The notes below the pieces were generated by a model. It made no database searches and had not been told where the DNA came from. It saw nothing but the letters and a program-made list of their open reading frames with translations. From an uncultured virus (IMG/VR IMGVR_UViG_3300031857_023291) (Duplodnaviria; Heunggongvirae; Uroviricota; Caudoviricetes): 64,000 nucleotides of DNA. The translations under genes and the position numbers were made by a program. This document shows positions 29,747 through 40,050 of this stretch, one piece after another (position 1 is the first letter of the stretch; each line of letters opens with the position of its first letter). The stretch lies in the IMG/VR virus record IMGVR_UViG_3300031857_023291, one strand, 5' to 3'.

Positions 29747-31303
29747 ATGAAAAATTTAATCACAATTCTAATTTTACTTATTAGTGTAAATTCTTTTAGT
29801 CAGTCTCCATTTTGGACATCAACATCATACAAAGGAGCTTTTCAAGTGACAGACGGAACTTATGTCACAGACTGGACACATGGTTGGTCTAATTTTGATC
29901 CGGAAAATACTTTTTATCCTCAACCAACATCAACGTTATCTCAAGACATAACAACAAACACAACTTTATCTGGTGTAATTTTTTTACAAAATAAAGTATA
30001 TGTAAAAAATGGTGCAACAATTACTATATTACCTGGTACCATTTTTAGAGGCGATGGTCCAACACAAGCAAGTTTAATAATAACTAAAGGTTCAAAAATA
30101 ATAGCAGAAGGCACTGAAACAAATCCAATTGTTTTTACATCATCACAAAATGTTGGTTCAAGAGCTGAAGGTGACTGGGGTGGTTTAGTTATCTTAGGTC
30201 AAGCAACAAATAATCAACCAGGTGGATTAGCAAATATAGAAGGAATTGTTCCAACTACAGACACTCAATATGGCGGAACCAATGACAATGATAACTCGGG
30301 TATTCTAAAATATGTAAGAGTTGAATTTGCAGGTATTGCACTTGAACCAAATAAAGAAATCAATGGTATCACATTTGGCTCTGTGGGTAATAACACTGAG
30401 GTTGACTACATTCAAGTATCTTTTTCAGGCGATGATTCATTCGAGTGGTTCGGAGGAACAGTAAATTGTAGACACTTAATAGCTTACAAAGGAACAGACG
30501 ATGATTTTGATACCGATTTTGGATATAGAGGAAATATTCAATTTGGCTTAGCAGTTAGAACACCTTACCTATCAGATGCTGCTGGTGATTCAAATTGTTT
30601 TGAATCAGATAATGATGCACAAGGTTCATCTAATACACCACAAACATCGGCTATATTTTCAAATTTTACTATCATAGGGCCAAAATCTGATGGTAGTATT
30701 CAATTGCCAGTCGGTGAAAAATTTGAAAAAGCCTTTAGAATAAGAAGAAATTCTTCAATTTCAGTTTTCAACTCACTTGTTACTGGTTGGGAAAAAGGTC
30801 TTTCAATAGAAGGTACACCAGTCGAGAATAACATAACATCTGGTAATTTAGTATTTGCTAATAATGAGATTGTAGAGTTAGACTTGGCTAACAATTTAGT
30901 TACCGCCAGTCCACAATTCTATTCAACATTTTTTACACAAAACTTTAATGATACAACTAAAATTATTTCTCAGATAAATTGGGTTGATGCTTTCTCTGTG
31001 ACTCCTGATTTTAGACTAAATAATTCATCTGTTGTCTCGACTGGTGCTGACTTTACAAATCCTAAATTCCAAGGTGGTTTTCTATCAATTGAATCCGTTA
31101 AAAACGAAGACATAGAAATATATCCGAATCCAACAATTGATTACATAAATATCAAATCAGATAGAGAATTTACTTTATCAGACAGCTATGGTAGAGTATT
31201 AATTAATTCTAAAAATTCTAAAGTCGATTTATCTAACTTCACAAATGGACTTTATTACATTAAAATAGGAAGTATTACAAAAACAATTATATTGAATAAG
31301 TGA
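29747..31303 (+). CDS. secreted beta-helix-like protein with T9SS type A C-terminal sorting domain
   Basis: Signal peptide; GDWGGL, DNSGILKYVRVEFAG, DDSFEWFGG; C-terminal IYPNP...GLYYIKI...KTII. Confidence 0.8.
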   Translation: MKNLITILILLISVNSFSQSPFWTSTSYKGAFQVTDGTYVTDWTHGWSNFDPENTFYPQPTSTLSQDITTNTTLSGVIFLQNKVYVKNGATITILPGTIFRGDGPTQASLIITKGSKIIAEGTETNPIVFTSSQNVGSRAEGDWGGLVILGQATNNQPGGLANIEGIVPTTDTQYGGTNDNDNSGILKYVRVEFAGIALEPNKEINGITFGSVGNNTEVDYIQVSFSGDDSFEWFGGTVNCRHLIAYKGTDDDFDTDFGYRGNIQFGLAVRTPYLSDAAGDSNCFESDNDAQGSSNTPQTSAIFSNFTIIGPKSDGSIQLPVGEKFEKAFRIRRNSSISVFNSLVTGWEKGLSIEGTPVENNITSGNLVFANNEIVELDLANNLVTASPQFYSTFFTQNFNDTTKIISQINWVDAFSVTPDFRLNNSSVVSTGADFTNPKFQGGFLSIESVKNEDIEIYPNPTIDYINIKSDREFTLSDSYGRVLINSKNSKVDLSNFTNGLYYIKIGSITKTIILNK

Positions 31304-34077
31304 GTAAATTAATATTAAGTGTAATATTATTTTTTAGTTGTTACGCATATTCTCAAACTCTAACAGGAACAATAAGTGATTCACAGACAGGTGAATCACT
31401 TTTTGGTGCCACAGTCTATCTGACAAATCAAAACACTGGAACAAAAACAGAATTTGATGGAACATTCAAAATAGATTTATTAAGTGGTGGAAATAAAATT
31501 GAATTCAGATACATCGGTTACGAAAATAAAATTATAGATTTAGTTGTTACTTCAGATACAAACATATCAGTAAAACTAACTCCCAAAACCCAAGAACTTG
31601 ATGGGGTAACTATAACAGTAACCGTTGATAAAGGCTCTACTTCTGAAATTATAAGAATGCAAAATAAATCAGCTGTTACATTAGACGGTATGACAAGTGA
31701 GCAATTCAAAAAAACACCAGATTCAAAGGTAAGTGATGTATTCAAAAGAGTTTCTGGCGCATCAATACAAGAAAACAAGTTTGTTGTAATTAGAGGTTTA
31801 AATGATAGATATAATTTTGGACTTATAAACGGAAGTCCTCTTCCATCAACAGAGTCTGACAAAAGGGCTTTCTCATTTGATATTTTTCCATCTAATATGC
31901 TAGATAATTTAGTTATATTTAAATCTGGCTCACCTGATCTACCTGGTGAGTTTGCAGGAGGTGTTATAAACATATCAACTCTAGATGTAAAAAATATCAA
32001 TAGTTTGAACTTAGGAATTGGATACAATACTATATCAACATTCAATAATTTTCAATCATCTGGTAATTCCAATCTATTAGGTTTTAATAATAAATCTCTT
32101 GAATTGCCTGAACTACCGACAACGGAAGATTGGAGATTTACTGATAAAAATCAGAGAGCTGAACTATCTAAATTAATGAACTGGAAATGGACTACCAATC
32201 AAAGGTTAGCTCTTCCGATAGGTACTTTTCAGTATACAATAGGAAAGGAATTTAAGACTAAAAGAGATTCTAAGTTAGGATTTATCCTCGCGACGTCTTA
32301 TCAAAATTCAGAAAGTATGAACAACTCTATTAGAAGAGATTTCGAGGAACAATCTACTGGTGTAATAACAAAAATGGAATTAAAAGACTCAGTATTTACA
32401 AAAAACATTCTATTTACCAATCTATTAAATTTTAACATAAAAATAAACTCTAAAAATAATATTAAGTTCAAAAATTTATATTCAATAAATTCAGATGATA
32501 AAATAAATGTTAGGAATGGAGTTAGAGAAATGGACAATGATCCGCGCCAATGGGAAAAATCTACAAACTTTTGGTATACTCAAAATAATATATTTACTAG
32601 TCAATTATCTGGAAAACATGAATTAAGTAAAATTTTACTAAACTGGAACGCAGGCTATTCTGATGTTAGAAGAGATATACCTAATCTAAGAAGAATTGTT
32701 TACCGTAAATATTCACTATTAGAGGATGATACAACTCAGCAATATACCGCAGTGATACAATCTAATGGAACTATTCCGACCGCTGCTGGTAATATGTTCT
32801 GGTCTAAATCTAAAGAACAAATATATTCAATTAATTATGATTTCACCTTACCTGTTAATATTGGAATAGTAGAAAATGAACTTAAGTTAGGTGGATGGCA
32901 TCAGTTCAGATCTAAAGAATTTACTTCAAGAAATTTTGGCTTTTCTCAATATAAACCTCAAGGATCTTACTTTAATTCACAACTACTACTTCTTGGACCA
33001 AACGAAATATTCTCTCAACAGAATATGGGACTTTTATCAGATGGCACCGGTGGATTCAAATTAGACGAAGCAACGAATGTAGATGATTCTTATGATGCAT
33101 CTTCTATACTAAATTCAGGATTTTTAATGACCGATTCTAAGATAGGTAAATTAAGATTTATTACTGGTGTTAGATTAGAAACATATAGTCAAAAATTTAA
33201 TTATATAGAATTCGGAACAAATGAAGAGAAAACAATCGATACAACTATAATAGATGTATTACCTTCATTCAATTTAATTTACAATCTTACTGATAAGATG
33301 AAAATAAGGTCTGCTTATTTTAAATCGGTATCAAGACCTGAATTTAGAGAATTAGCACCATTTAGTTTTTATAACTTTGTATTAGATAATATAGTATCTG
33401 GAAACACAAATTTACAAAGAACAATCATAAATAATTTAGATTTAAGATGGGAATGGTTTCCTAAATCTGGTCAGTCTATTTCAGTTTCAGGTTTTTATAA
33501 AAAATTTATAAACCCAATTGAAATTATCAACAGAACCGGAACTTCTGGCTCACCTGAGTTATATTACTCAAATGTGAAGTCTAGTGTAAATTTCGGAACA
33601 GAGGTAGAGATAAGAAGTAGTTTTGGTTTTATATCTAAAAGATTAGAGAATTTATCAATCTATTCAAATGCTTCACTTATATCATCAGAAGTCAATCTAG
33701 ATGGATTCAATGGTTCTGAGAATAGACCTCTTCAGGGTCAATCATCATACATTATCAATAGCGGTGTTTTCTATCAAAATTCAAAAAAAGATTTTGCCAT
33801 CAATCTTAGTTATAATTTTATAGGACCAAGAATTTGGATAGTTGGTAACGTACAAGAGCCATCAGTATGGGAAAATGGTAGGAATGTAATTGATATTCAA
33901 ATTACAAAGTCATTCAAGAAAATGGAATTCAAATTAAATATAAAAGATATAATAGCACAAGATTTAGTTCTTTTTCAAGATTTGAATAGCGATAGAAAAT
34001 ATAATACAGGTGATAATAGATGGCAAGAAATAAATTTTGGACAATCAATCAGTCTATCTTTCAAATATAATTTTTAA
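31300..34077 (+). CDS. TonB-dependent outer-membrane receptor
   Basis: Signal peptide, carboxypeptidase-regulatory-like domain, plug IRGLNDRY...GEFAGGVINI, SRPEFRELAPF, terminal YNF. Confidence 0.92.
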   Translation: MSKLILSVILFFSCYAYSQTLTGTISDSQTGESLFGATVYLTNQNTGTKTEFDGTFKIDLLSGGNKIEFRYIGYENKIIDLVVTSDTNISVKLTPKTQELDGVTITVTVDKGSTSEIIRMQNKSAVTLDGMTSEQFKKTPDSKVSDVFKRVSGASIQENKFVVIRGLNDRYNFGLINGSPLPSTESDKRAFSFDIFPSNMLDNLVIFKSGSPDLPGEFAGGVINISTLDVKNINSLNLGIGYNTISTFNNFQSSGNSNLLGFNNKSLELPELPTTEDWRFTDKNQRAELSKLMNWKWTTNQRLALPIGTFQYTIGKEFKTKRDSKLGFILATSYQNSESMNNSIRRDFEEQSTGVITKMELKDSVFTKNILFTNLLNFNIKINSKNNIKFKNLYSINSDDKINVRNGVREMDNDPRQWEKSTNFWYTQNNIFTSQLSGKHELSKILLNWNAGYSDVRRDIPNLRRIVYRKYSLLEDDTTQQYTAVIQSNGTIPTAAGNMFWSKSKEQIYSINYDFTLPVNIGIVENELKLGGWHQFRSKEFTSRNFGFSQYKPQGSYFNSQLLLLGPNEIFSQQNMGLLSDGTGGFKLDEATNVDDSYDASSILNSGFLMTDSKIGKLRFITGVRLETYSQKFNYIEFGTNEEKTIDTTIIDVLPSFNLIYNLTDKMKIRSAYFKSVSRPEFRELAPFSFYNFVLDNIVSGNTNLQRTIINNLDLRWEWFPKSGQSISVSGFYKKFINPIEIINRTGTSGSPELYYSNVKSSVNFGTEVEIRSSFGFISKRLENLSIYSNASLISSEVNLDGFNGSENRPLQGQSSYIINSGVFYQNSKKDFAINLSYNFIGPRIWIVGNVQEPSVWENGRNVIDIQITKSFKKMEFKLNIKDIIAQDLVLFQDLNSDRKYNTGDNRWQEINFGQSISLSFKYNF

Positions 34078-34146
34078 TATATACATTATGAAAATACTAG
34101 AATTATTAAAATCTTTGCTCAGAGGTAGAGTAGCCGTGAGAAGAAA

Positions 34147-34644
34147 ATGATTAGAAATTGGAAAAAATTTAACGAATCTACATCATCTGATAATTTCAGA
34201 GATGAGGTAAATAAGATTAGACAATATTTTGTAGAATATGAAGATGATGATATCGTCTCTTATGAAATGTATGTGTGTGGATATTCAGGTGTAAAAGAAC
34301 GTGATATGCTTTGGTCTGTAAATCCAAACAACGGTAACTTTGAAAGATGGCTTGATTCACAGACAGAGGAGGCAAATAGATATCTTGAAAATGAGTCTTA
34401 TCGTCAATTATTTCTACAAACCGACAAATTAGATAATTATCCTTTTGTTTTTTGTGCTAACATTAAGATAAAGTCTGAAGGTGGTATTTTAGATGATTTT
34501 GGAGTTGAAAAATTAAAAGATATTATAGTAAGTTGGGATAGACTCAAAGATAGTTATGATAAAGTTTTAATTAATATGAATTCACATCACCATGAATACA
34601 AACCAGTATCTTTAACAGTTTACTTTAACCCAATAGTTGATTGA
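34147..34644 (+). CDS. hypothetical protein with leader MIRNWKKFNES
   Basis: Leader; IRQYFVEYEDDD resembles the 57255/57756 N-terminal domain. Confidence 0.55.
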   Translation: MIRNWKKFNESTSSDNFRDEVNKIRQYFVEYEDDDIVSYEMYVCGYSGVKERDMLWSVNPNNGNFERWLDSQTEEANRYLENESYRQLFLQTDKLDNYPFVFCANIKIKSEGGILDDFGVEKLKDIIVSWDRLKDSYDKVLINMNSHHHEYKPVSLTVYFNPIVD

Positions 34645-34846
34645 TCTTATCTTCTCTTTCTTCAGTTTTTAAGAGTCTCTTCCATTCTGGAATAGTTAAA
34701 ATTTCTTCTTCTTTAAAGATAGATTCTTTACAAGAACTTTCAACAAACCAAAGACATTTATAAACACCGTCTGATATCTTATCAAAAACCGTCATTTTAT
34801 TACCACCTGTAGTTTTAATGACTATATCACCGGGTTTAAATTTCAT
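34625..34846 (-). CDS. YodC/DUF2158-like small protein with C-terminal EREDKINQLL tag
   Basis: FKPGDIV...GGNKMTV...CLWF. Confidence 0.65.
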   Translation of the reverse strand: MKFKPGDIVIKTTGGNKMTVFDKISDGVYKCLWFVESSCKESIFKEEEILTIPEWKRLLKTEEREDKINQLLG

Positions 34847-34896
34847 ATATAAGGTAATATATTTTTATACCTTATTTATAAATTTAATTTAAGTCC

Positions 34897-35805
34897 CTAT
34901 ATTGAGAAATCAAAATCATCATCAGATATCTCACTATGTGATTCTTCTTCAGCACTAGCAGTAATATTTCCCCAATTCATAATTAATAACTCAGTTCCTT
35001 TTGTTTGAGCTTTACCTGATACGGCCATTGCTGTTTTTGCAAACTCTTTACTTTGCCAATTGTATTGATTGACAGGAAACCATTGCTCTAATTTATCAAA
35101 GTAGTAATAGCTTAATCCAAATTTTCCTTTTATAGATTTGAGTGTATTTGCTAATCTTTCGTGAGTTTCTATACCGAAATCATGATTGATATAATAATTC
35201 TCAGTCATAAAGTATGGTGGATCACAATAAAAGAATGTTTTTTCTGAATCATATTTTTCAATAACAGATTGAAAATCTAGATTCTCTACATTTGTAATTT
35301 TTGAAAAATAATTTTGCCATTTAGAATCAGGTAACTTACTTCTGAAAATTTCAAATTTAGACTTATAGACACCATCTTTACCAACATAACCACCATTCTT
35401 AATAAGATTACCCTTTTTTGGATCAGTTCCTGACCAAACTTGAGAAAGAATGTAAGCATACTTAAAGGCAATTTCAAAATTAGGTTCTGATGAATTTAGT
35501 TTTAAATTAGCATCAAACACTTCGGATTTAAATTTTGAAAACAACTCAGCATCCTCAATGGGAATATTTTTTGATATTTCCCATAGTTTCATTGGCTCTT
35601 TCAAACAATTGAAGAAGTTTACATTTAATGGATTTACATCGTTATATACAACTTTTTTTAGATTTGTAAATGTTGGTAATTCCATTTTAAAAAATACCCA
35701 AAACATACCCGCAAAAGGTTCTACATAAATTTCTGTGTCTTTTGGAATGAAACTTCTAATCCAAGTGCCGATTTTACTCTTACCACCAATATAACTTAAT
35801 GCCAT
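34897..35805 (-). CDS. Dam-family DNA adenine methyltransferase
   Basis: YIGGKS, YVEPFAG, YND, FYCDPPY, ELLIMN. Confidence 0.88.
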   Translation of the reverse strand: MALSYIGGKSKIGTWIRSFIPKDTEIYVEPFAGMFWVFFKMELPTFTNLKKVVYNDVNPLNVNFFNCLKEPMKLWEISKNIPIEDAELFSKFKSEVFDANLKLNSSEPNFEIAFKYAYILSQVWSGTDPKKGNLIKNGGYVGKDGVYKSKFEIFRSKLPDSKWQNYFSKITNVENLDFQSVIEKYDSEKTFFYCDPPYFMTENYYINHDFGIETHERLANTLKSIKGKFGLSYYYFDKLEQWFPVNQYNWQSKEFAKTAMAVSGKAQTKGTELLIMNWGNITASAEEESHSEISDDDFDFSI

Positions 35806-35824
35806 AAATATCTTAATTAATTTT

Positions 35825-36445
35825 TTATTCTTCTTTCAAATTTTGTATTCTATCTCTGAGCTCTGCCGCTATCTCATATTCTTCATTTTCAATTGCTTGT
35901 TGCATCATTTTTTCTAAATCAGAAACAGACACTACTCTCTTAGGTTTATCATCTATAAAATCTAAAAACTCATCATCATCAATATCGTCCATATCATCAA
36001 TATCATCATTTTCTTCTTCTGGTGTAGTACCATCATCATTGATGATAACACCAGCTGTTTCTAAAATTTCACCTGTAGTATAAATCGGACATTTAAAAAT
36101 TGTAGAAATTGCAATAGCGTCACCAACTGGACAATCAAATTCAAAATCTTCTAAACCATTTGATGTGATTATTTTAGTATAAAAAATACCTTCTAATAAT
36201 TGATAGATGAAAATCTCTTGAACATCAATCATATAAGCATCAGATAAGGATTTTATGACATCATATATCAAAGGTCTTGTTGATTTTATACCCTCTAACT
36301 CTAAAGCAATTTTTTGAGCTTCATTTGCTCTGATTATCAAAGGAATTTTTCTCACACTCTTCTTATCAGTGAGAACAATGACATAAGAGCCAATTTGTGT
36401 TTGGCTATAAGAGAGGCCTAAAATTTTTAATTCTTTTCTTTTCAT
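35825..36445 (-). CDS. bifunctional nuclease (DUF151) with C-terminal UVR domain
   Basis: IPLII...EAQ.IA, RPL.YD, GDAIA...CPIY; AIENEEYEIAAELRD. Confidence 0.85.
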   Translation of the reverse strand: MKRKELKILGLSYSQTQIGSYVIVLTDKKSVRKIPLIIRANEAQKIALELEGIKSTRPLIYDVIKSLSDAYMIDVQEIFIYQLLEGIFYTKIITSNGLEDFEFDCPVGDAIAISTIFKCPIYTTGEILETAGVIINDDGTTPEEENDDIDDMDDIDDDEFLDFIDDKPKRVVSVSDLEKMMQQAIENEEYEIAAELRDRIQNLKEE

Positions 36446-36819
36446 TTTAATATTTTGTTTAATCTAAAGTGTCTTTCATAATCAGAGTTACATGCTTGAT
36501 TTTCTATGATTAGCTTGAATAGTTCTTCATTCGAATTGAATTCATCAACTATGAATTTAAGATCATCGTTAGTTTGTGTTACTCTTATGAATTTATATCT
36601 GTTTTTTGACTTTTGTTTTTCCTCTTTTGACAATTCTTTTATAACAAAAAATTCATTTCTATTTTCAAATTCAATAAAGTATCTTACCATTTCGTCACCT
36701 TCAAATAGGTTATATGATTTCTTCTTATTAGATGTCCATCTATTATGATATAATCCTCTGGTCGGTGAGTAATCAAACCAACCCATCTTTTGAATTATAT
36801 ATGAATTAATCTCAAACAT
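36442..36819 (-). CDS. hypothetical protein with C-terminal ERHFRLNKIL tag
   Basis: ORF track; shared motif. Confidence 0.5.
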   Translation of the reverse strand: MFEINSYIIQKMGWFDYSPTRGLYHNRWTSNKKKSYNLFEGDEMVRYFIEFENRNEFFVIKELSKEEKQKSKNRYKFIRVTQTNDDLKFIVDEFNSNEELFKLIIENQACNSDYERHFRLNKILK

Positions 36820-37469
36820 TAGTCCTGTAATAGTAAATCAGCTGCTGATGTAGCAGCGAAAGCCATCGGTTTAGCCCAAGTTCTAAAACCCATTCCTCTT
36901 AGCCAAGGTGCATAACTTTTATAAGCAGCATAAGATTTATTCTTCATTATGCCTTTTTCATTTAAAGTACCTTCAAATGGGTTAAAGTCAACGTGTATAT
37001 CAATTGTTCTAAAATCAATTAAGTCAGCAGGTGTCAAAAAGAGAGCATTCATTACGGCTTCTTCTTGGTGAAGTGGTACATGACCATACTCACCAGCACA
37101 TTTCAAAAGATGATATTTATACCTTTTCTTTTCTCTGTCACAAAGATCGGTTCTTTGATAAAATTGAGATAATTCATCATCTAAATATACACCTAAATCG
37201 TGTAAATACTGAGCCTCTCTAAATAATCTTTCATTATTGTCTCTTATTTTAGGACACGATTCTCTAAAGAAAACTACATGAGCTCCTCGTCTGAGATCGG
37301 TATTATACATCATAATTGTGACAGCGTAAACAGTTCTACGTCTTTTTTGAATAGAGTCACAACCAATTGAGATAGTTACCCCAGGGTCTTTTTGAATATA
37401 TTCTTTGAGATATTCAATGATATCAGGTATATAATCTCCTCCGAATTTTTTGAATCTGTTTTTAAACAT
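36819..37469 (-). CDS. RNase H-like YkuK/DUF458 family protein
   Basis: IGCDS, RL..EA, IHVDFN, KP.AFAATSAAD. Confidence 0.75.
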   Translation of the reverse strand: MFKNRFKKFGGDYIPDIIEYLKEYIQKDPGVTISIGCDSIQKRRRTVYAVTIMMYNTDLRRGAHVVFFRESCPKIRDNNERLFREAQYLHDLGVYLDDELSQFYQRTDLCDREKKRYKYHLLKCAGEYGHVPLHQEEAVMNALFLTPADLIDFRTIDIHVDFNPFEGTLNEKGIMKNKSYAAYKSYAPWLRGMGFRTWAKPMAFAATSAADLLLQD

Positions 37470-37470
37470 A

Positions 37471-37689
37471 TTATAAAGTTTTATTTGTTACCTTAAGTAT
37501 TGACTTTTGAATTACTTCTGAAGGGAAAACTACCCAGGTTCCATCTTCGAGTGTCAATTCAAAACCAGCACTAAGATGAAAGTCTTTGGCTAATTTTTGT
37601 AAGTTTCTATACTGCTCTGTGTTCATAGTGGCTGTCTGTCCTCTAAATTCACCAAACTCGTTTATTAATATTAATTGAACTTCATGCAT
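37471..37689 (-). CDS. hypothetical protein
   Basis: 72-aa ORF at the head of the gene run. Confidence 0.45.
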   Translation of the reverse strand: MHEVQLILINEFGEFRGQTATMNTEQYRNLQKLAKDFHLSAGFELTLEDGTWVVFPSEVIQKSILKVTNKTL

Positions 37690-37769
37690 GCCTTATATAT
37701 CGTTTTTATAATTATAAGTTTATAAAAAAAAGGGGACACTAAAAGTATCCCCTAAATCAATCTTCCAGA

Positions 37770-38894
37770 TTATTTGCTACCAGGCTTGTTAATCTTTTTG
37801 ATTGTTCTTAACAAATCTTCAAATTTAAGAAGAAACTTCTTCATCTTCGGATTTGTCACGTCAGCGATGTTGTCTAAGATATAAAGCAAATATCCAGTTT
37901 TTTCATCATCACCTACACCGTTAAGGAATTTGACACAATTATCAAGTTGCTTTTCAGTCAACTTAGTGATGTCAATCTCTTTTAGAGACTGGATAAGTTC
38001 TGAGTTCTTATCACGATTGTACTTTTCAAGATCCTTTTTGATACGGTCGTAGTCATTTAGGACATCATTGATTGAGATATTCAACATATCTTCGCAATAT
38101 TGGATGAATTTCATTGCAGAGTTTCCTACATATCCGGTAGCTACTTCTTTAAGAAGTGGTAGAAACTCACGAGGTGAAGCATCCATTCCCCAGTTTTCAG
38201 TGATGAATTTAGACAACATTGTCCATGAACGTGGTGTCGCATAACCCTTTGTGTTATCACTCGTCTTATACATTTGCTCTGGGTGAGCTTTAATGAAAGA
38301 GGTGATAAGTTTATGACAACCTGTAGAAGCGAAGTCACCTAACCACTCGTCAACAGAAAGTGAGTGAGGTATATGAATTAGACGGTTGTTAAGAGCTGAG
38401 TCAAATTCTTCAACATCTGTTCCATCTTCATCACCCAAGTTACCAGATGCCATCATAATGACATTAGAATTAAACTTGAACTCACCGATTTCACGCTCAA
38501 GTAAGATTTGAAGAGCAGCGTTACGAACAAACTGAGGTGCTCGGTTCAACTCTTCAAAGTGAATAAGAGTTGGTCGTTGATTGGCTTCGTAAGCCCACTT
38601 CGGAACTGCATATCCAGAAACTTTGATTGGTTTTCCCTCGAAAGTTCCATCTTCAAGATAAGGATATTTGAAGTCGGACTCGTCAGACATTGAAAGTCGC
38701 ATATCTAAGTAAGCGAATCCCATTTTCTCTGCGATTGAACGACCAATTGCAGACTTAGCAACTCCTGGTTTAGATGATATAAAAAGCACACCATACTTAG
38801 CCCACATAATTGCAAAGTATTTTTTTTCTTTTTCTGTTAGATTACTCAGATTATCTAACATTTCTTGCGACATTCCATTAGGTTTCATTGACAT
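37770..38894 (-). CDS. MoxR-like AAA+ ATPase
   Basis: SKPGVAKS Walker A, FEELNRA Walker B, ASGN sensor, ALNNRLIH, TPRSW. Confidence 0.85.
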   Translation of the reverse strand: MSMKPNGMSQEMLDNLSNLTEKEKKYFAIMWAKYGVLFISSKPGVAKSAIGRSIAEKMGFAYLDMRLSMSDESDFKYPYLEDGTFEGKPIKVSGYAVPKWAYEANQRPTLIHFEELNRAPQFVRNAALQILLEREIGEFKFNSNVIMMASGNLGDEDGTDVEEFDSALNNRLIHIPHSLSVDEWLGDFASTGCHKLITSFIKAHPEQMYKTSDNTKGYATPRSWTMLSKFITENWGMDASPREFLPLLKEVATGYVGNSAMKFIQYCEDMLNISINDVLNDYDRIKKDLEKYNRDKNSELIQSLKEIDITKLTEKQLDNCVKFLNGVGDDEKTGYLLYILDNIADVTNPKMKKFLLKFEDLLRTIKKINKPGSK

Positions 38895-38917
38895 ATATTT
38901 TTCGTTTTTATTTTTAA

Positions 38918-38948
38918 CAAAATTAGTAATTATTTCTTATTGACCAAA
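38918..38948 (-). promoter_or_regulatory. Bacteroidota-type primary sigma promoter
   Basis: TTTG-N19-TAATTTTG upstream of the AAA ATPase. Confidence 0.65.
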
Positions 38949-39140
38949 TTAATTTTTGATTTTTTTTCTCAAAAAACCACCTAAATCAAAATCATTAGGA
39001 TATTTAAGACAAAATTCGTCAAATTTACCATTGTGTGATAAACAAAATTTACGATACTCTTTTCCGAGATCTTGGTCATTACCATACTGCTTCACCAAAT
39101 TGGTGATGATTTCTATTTCTTTCATTTTTTCTGTATTCAT
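38949..39140 (-). CDS. small protein with duplicated Y(G/P)ND.DLG motif
   Basis: QYGNDQDLG and KYPNDFDLG. Confidence 0.5.
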   Translation of the reverse strand: MNTEKMKEIEIITNLVKQYGNDQDLGKEYRKFCLSHNGKFDEFCLKYPNDFDLGGFLRKKIKN

Positions 39141-39599
39141 TTAGACAAATTTAGTAAAATATTCTGTAAAATCTAAATCTTTTGTGAAAATATTTTTTCT
39201 TTTTAATGTACCAATTCCATCATCAACCACAATATAATAAATTGGTTTGATAGAATCAATCATATTCTCTATAATTGAACTCGTATCACCGATACCTGTT
39301 GATAGATAGAAATCTCTAATATCATCTACTTTGATGTAGTAATTGACTAAGTCTTTATAACAATCTATTGATTTAATGCAAGTATAAAGTTGATACTTAC
39401 CTTCTTCAATTTCCATTGAAATAGTGATGTCCTCTTCAATTTTTGAATTTTCAACTACATCATCAATTTGCATCTGAAGCTCTTTTAGATCTTCGTCTGA
39501 AATTTGATTTTCCGATGTAAATTCTTCTAACAACTGAGATTTTTCATCAGGTGTTTGAGCAAATTCAAATTCTTTATAAAATTTTTCAAAATCTTCCAT
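39141..39599 (-). CDS. acidic hypothetical protein
   Basis: ORF track. Confidence 0.5.
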   Translation of the reverse strand: MEDFEKFYKEFEFAQTPDEKSQLLEEFTSENQISDEDLKELQMQIDDVVENSKIEEDITISMEIEEGKYQLYTCIKSIDCYKDLVNYYIKVDDIRDFYLSTGIGDTSSIIENMIDSIKPIYYIVVDDGIGTLKRKNIFTKDLDFTEYFTKFV

Positions 39600-39600
39600 A

Positions 39601-39816
39601 TTACATTAATTCTTGTTTATCGCAAATCATTATCTCTAATTTAGAGATTAAATCATCTAAACTTTTTTTCGCTGACAGGACTTTTAGTATTGTTGTATAA
39701 TGCAAATCTCTCTTACCATCAGTGATACCATCAACCGATATAGCGCTAATATACCTTTCCATTTCATCTTGGCTTTCGTAAAGCTTACTTAATAGATTTT
39801 GCTCTGGTGTTGACAT
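39601..39816 (-). CDS. hypothetical protein
   Basis: Preceded by a host-type promoter. Confidence 0.5.
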   Translation of the reverse strand: MSTPEQNLLSKLYESQDEMERYISAISVDGITDGKRDLHYTTILKVLSAKKSLDDLISKLEIMICDKQELM

Positions 39817-39829
39817 AATTTATTTTTAA

Positions 39830-39861
39830 CAAATTTAATACAATTATACGAAGATTACAAA
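39830..39861 (-). promoter_or_regulatory. Bacteroidota-type primary sigma promoter
   Basis: TTTG-N20-TAAATTTG. Confidence 0.6.
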
Positions 39862-40050
39862 TTTTTCTGAATTATTTCTCTAAATCTTCATCAGTGATTA
39901 AATGTCTTTTGACAAAGTAATACATCTTGGAGCCTTTTAAATGCTTCAAAACAAAAAGAGAAAGACCAAAAATTAAAAAAATAATTGATAATAAAATTAA
40001 TAGACTGATAAATAAGGTTTTCATAATAGTTTTTTTTACAAATATATGAA

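Noticed and set aside
31518..32537. Minus-strand ORFs inside the TonB receptor, and similar short overlapping ORFs elsewhere
   Set aside because: Fully nested in well-supported genes, with no recognisable motifs.
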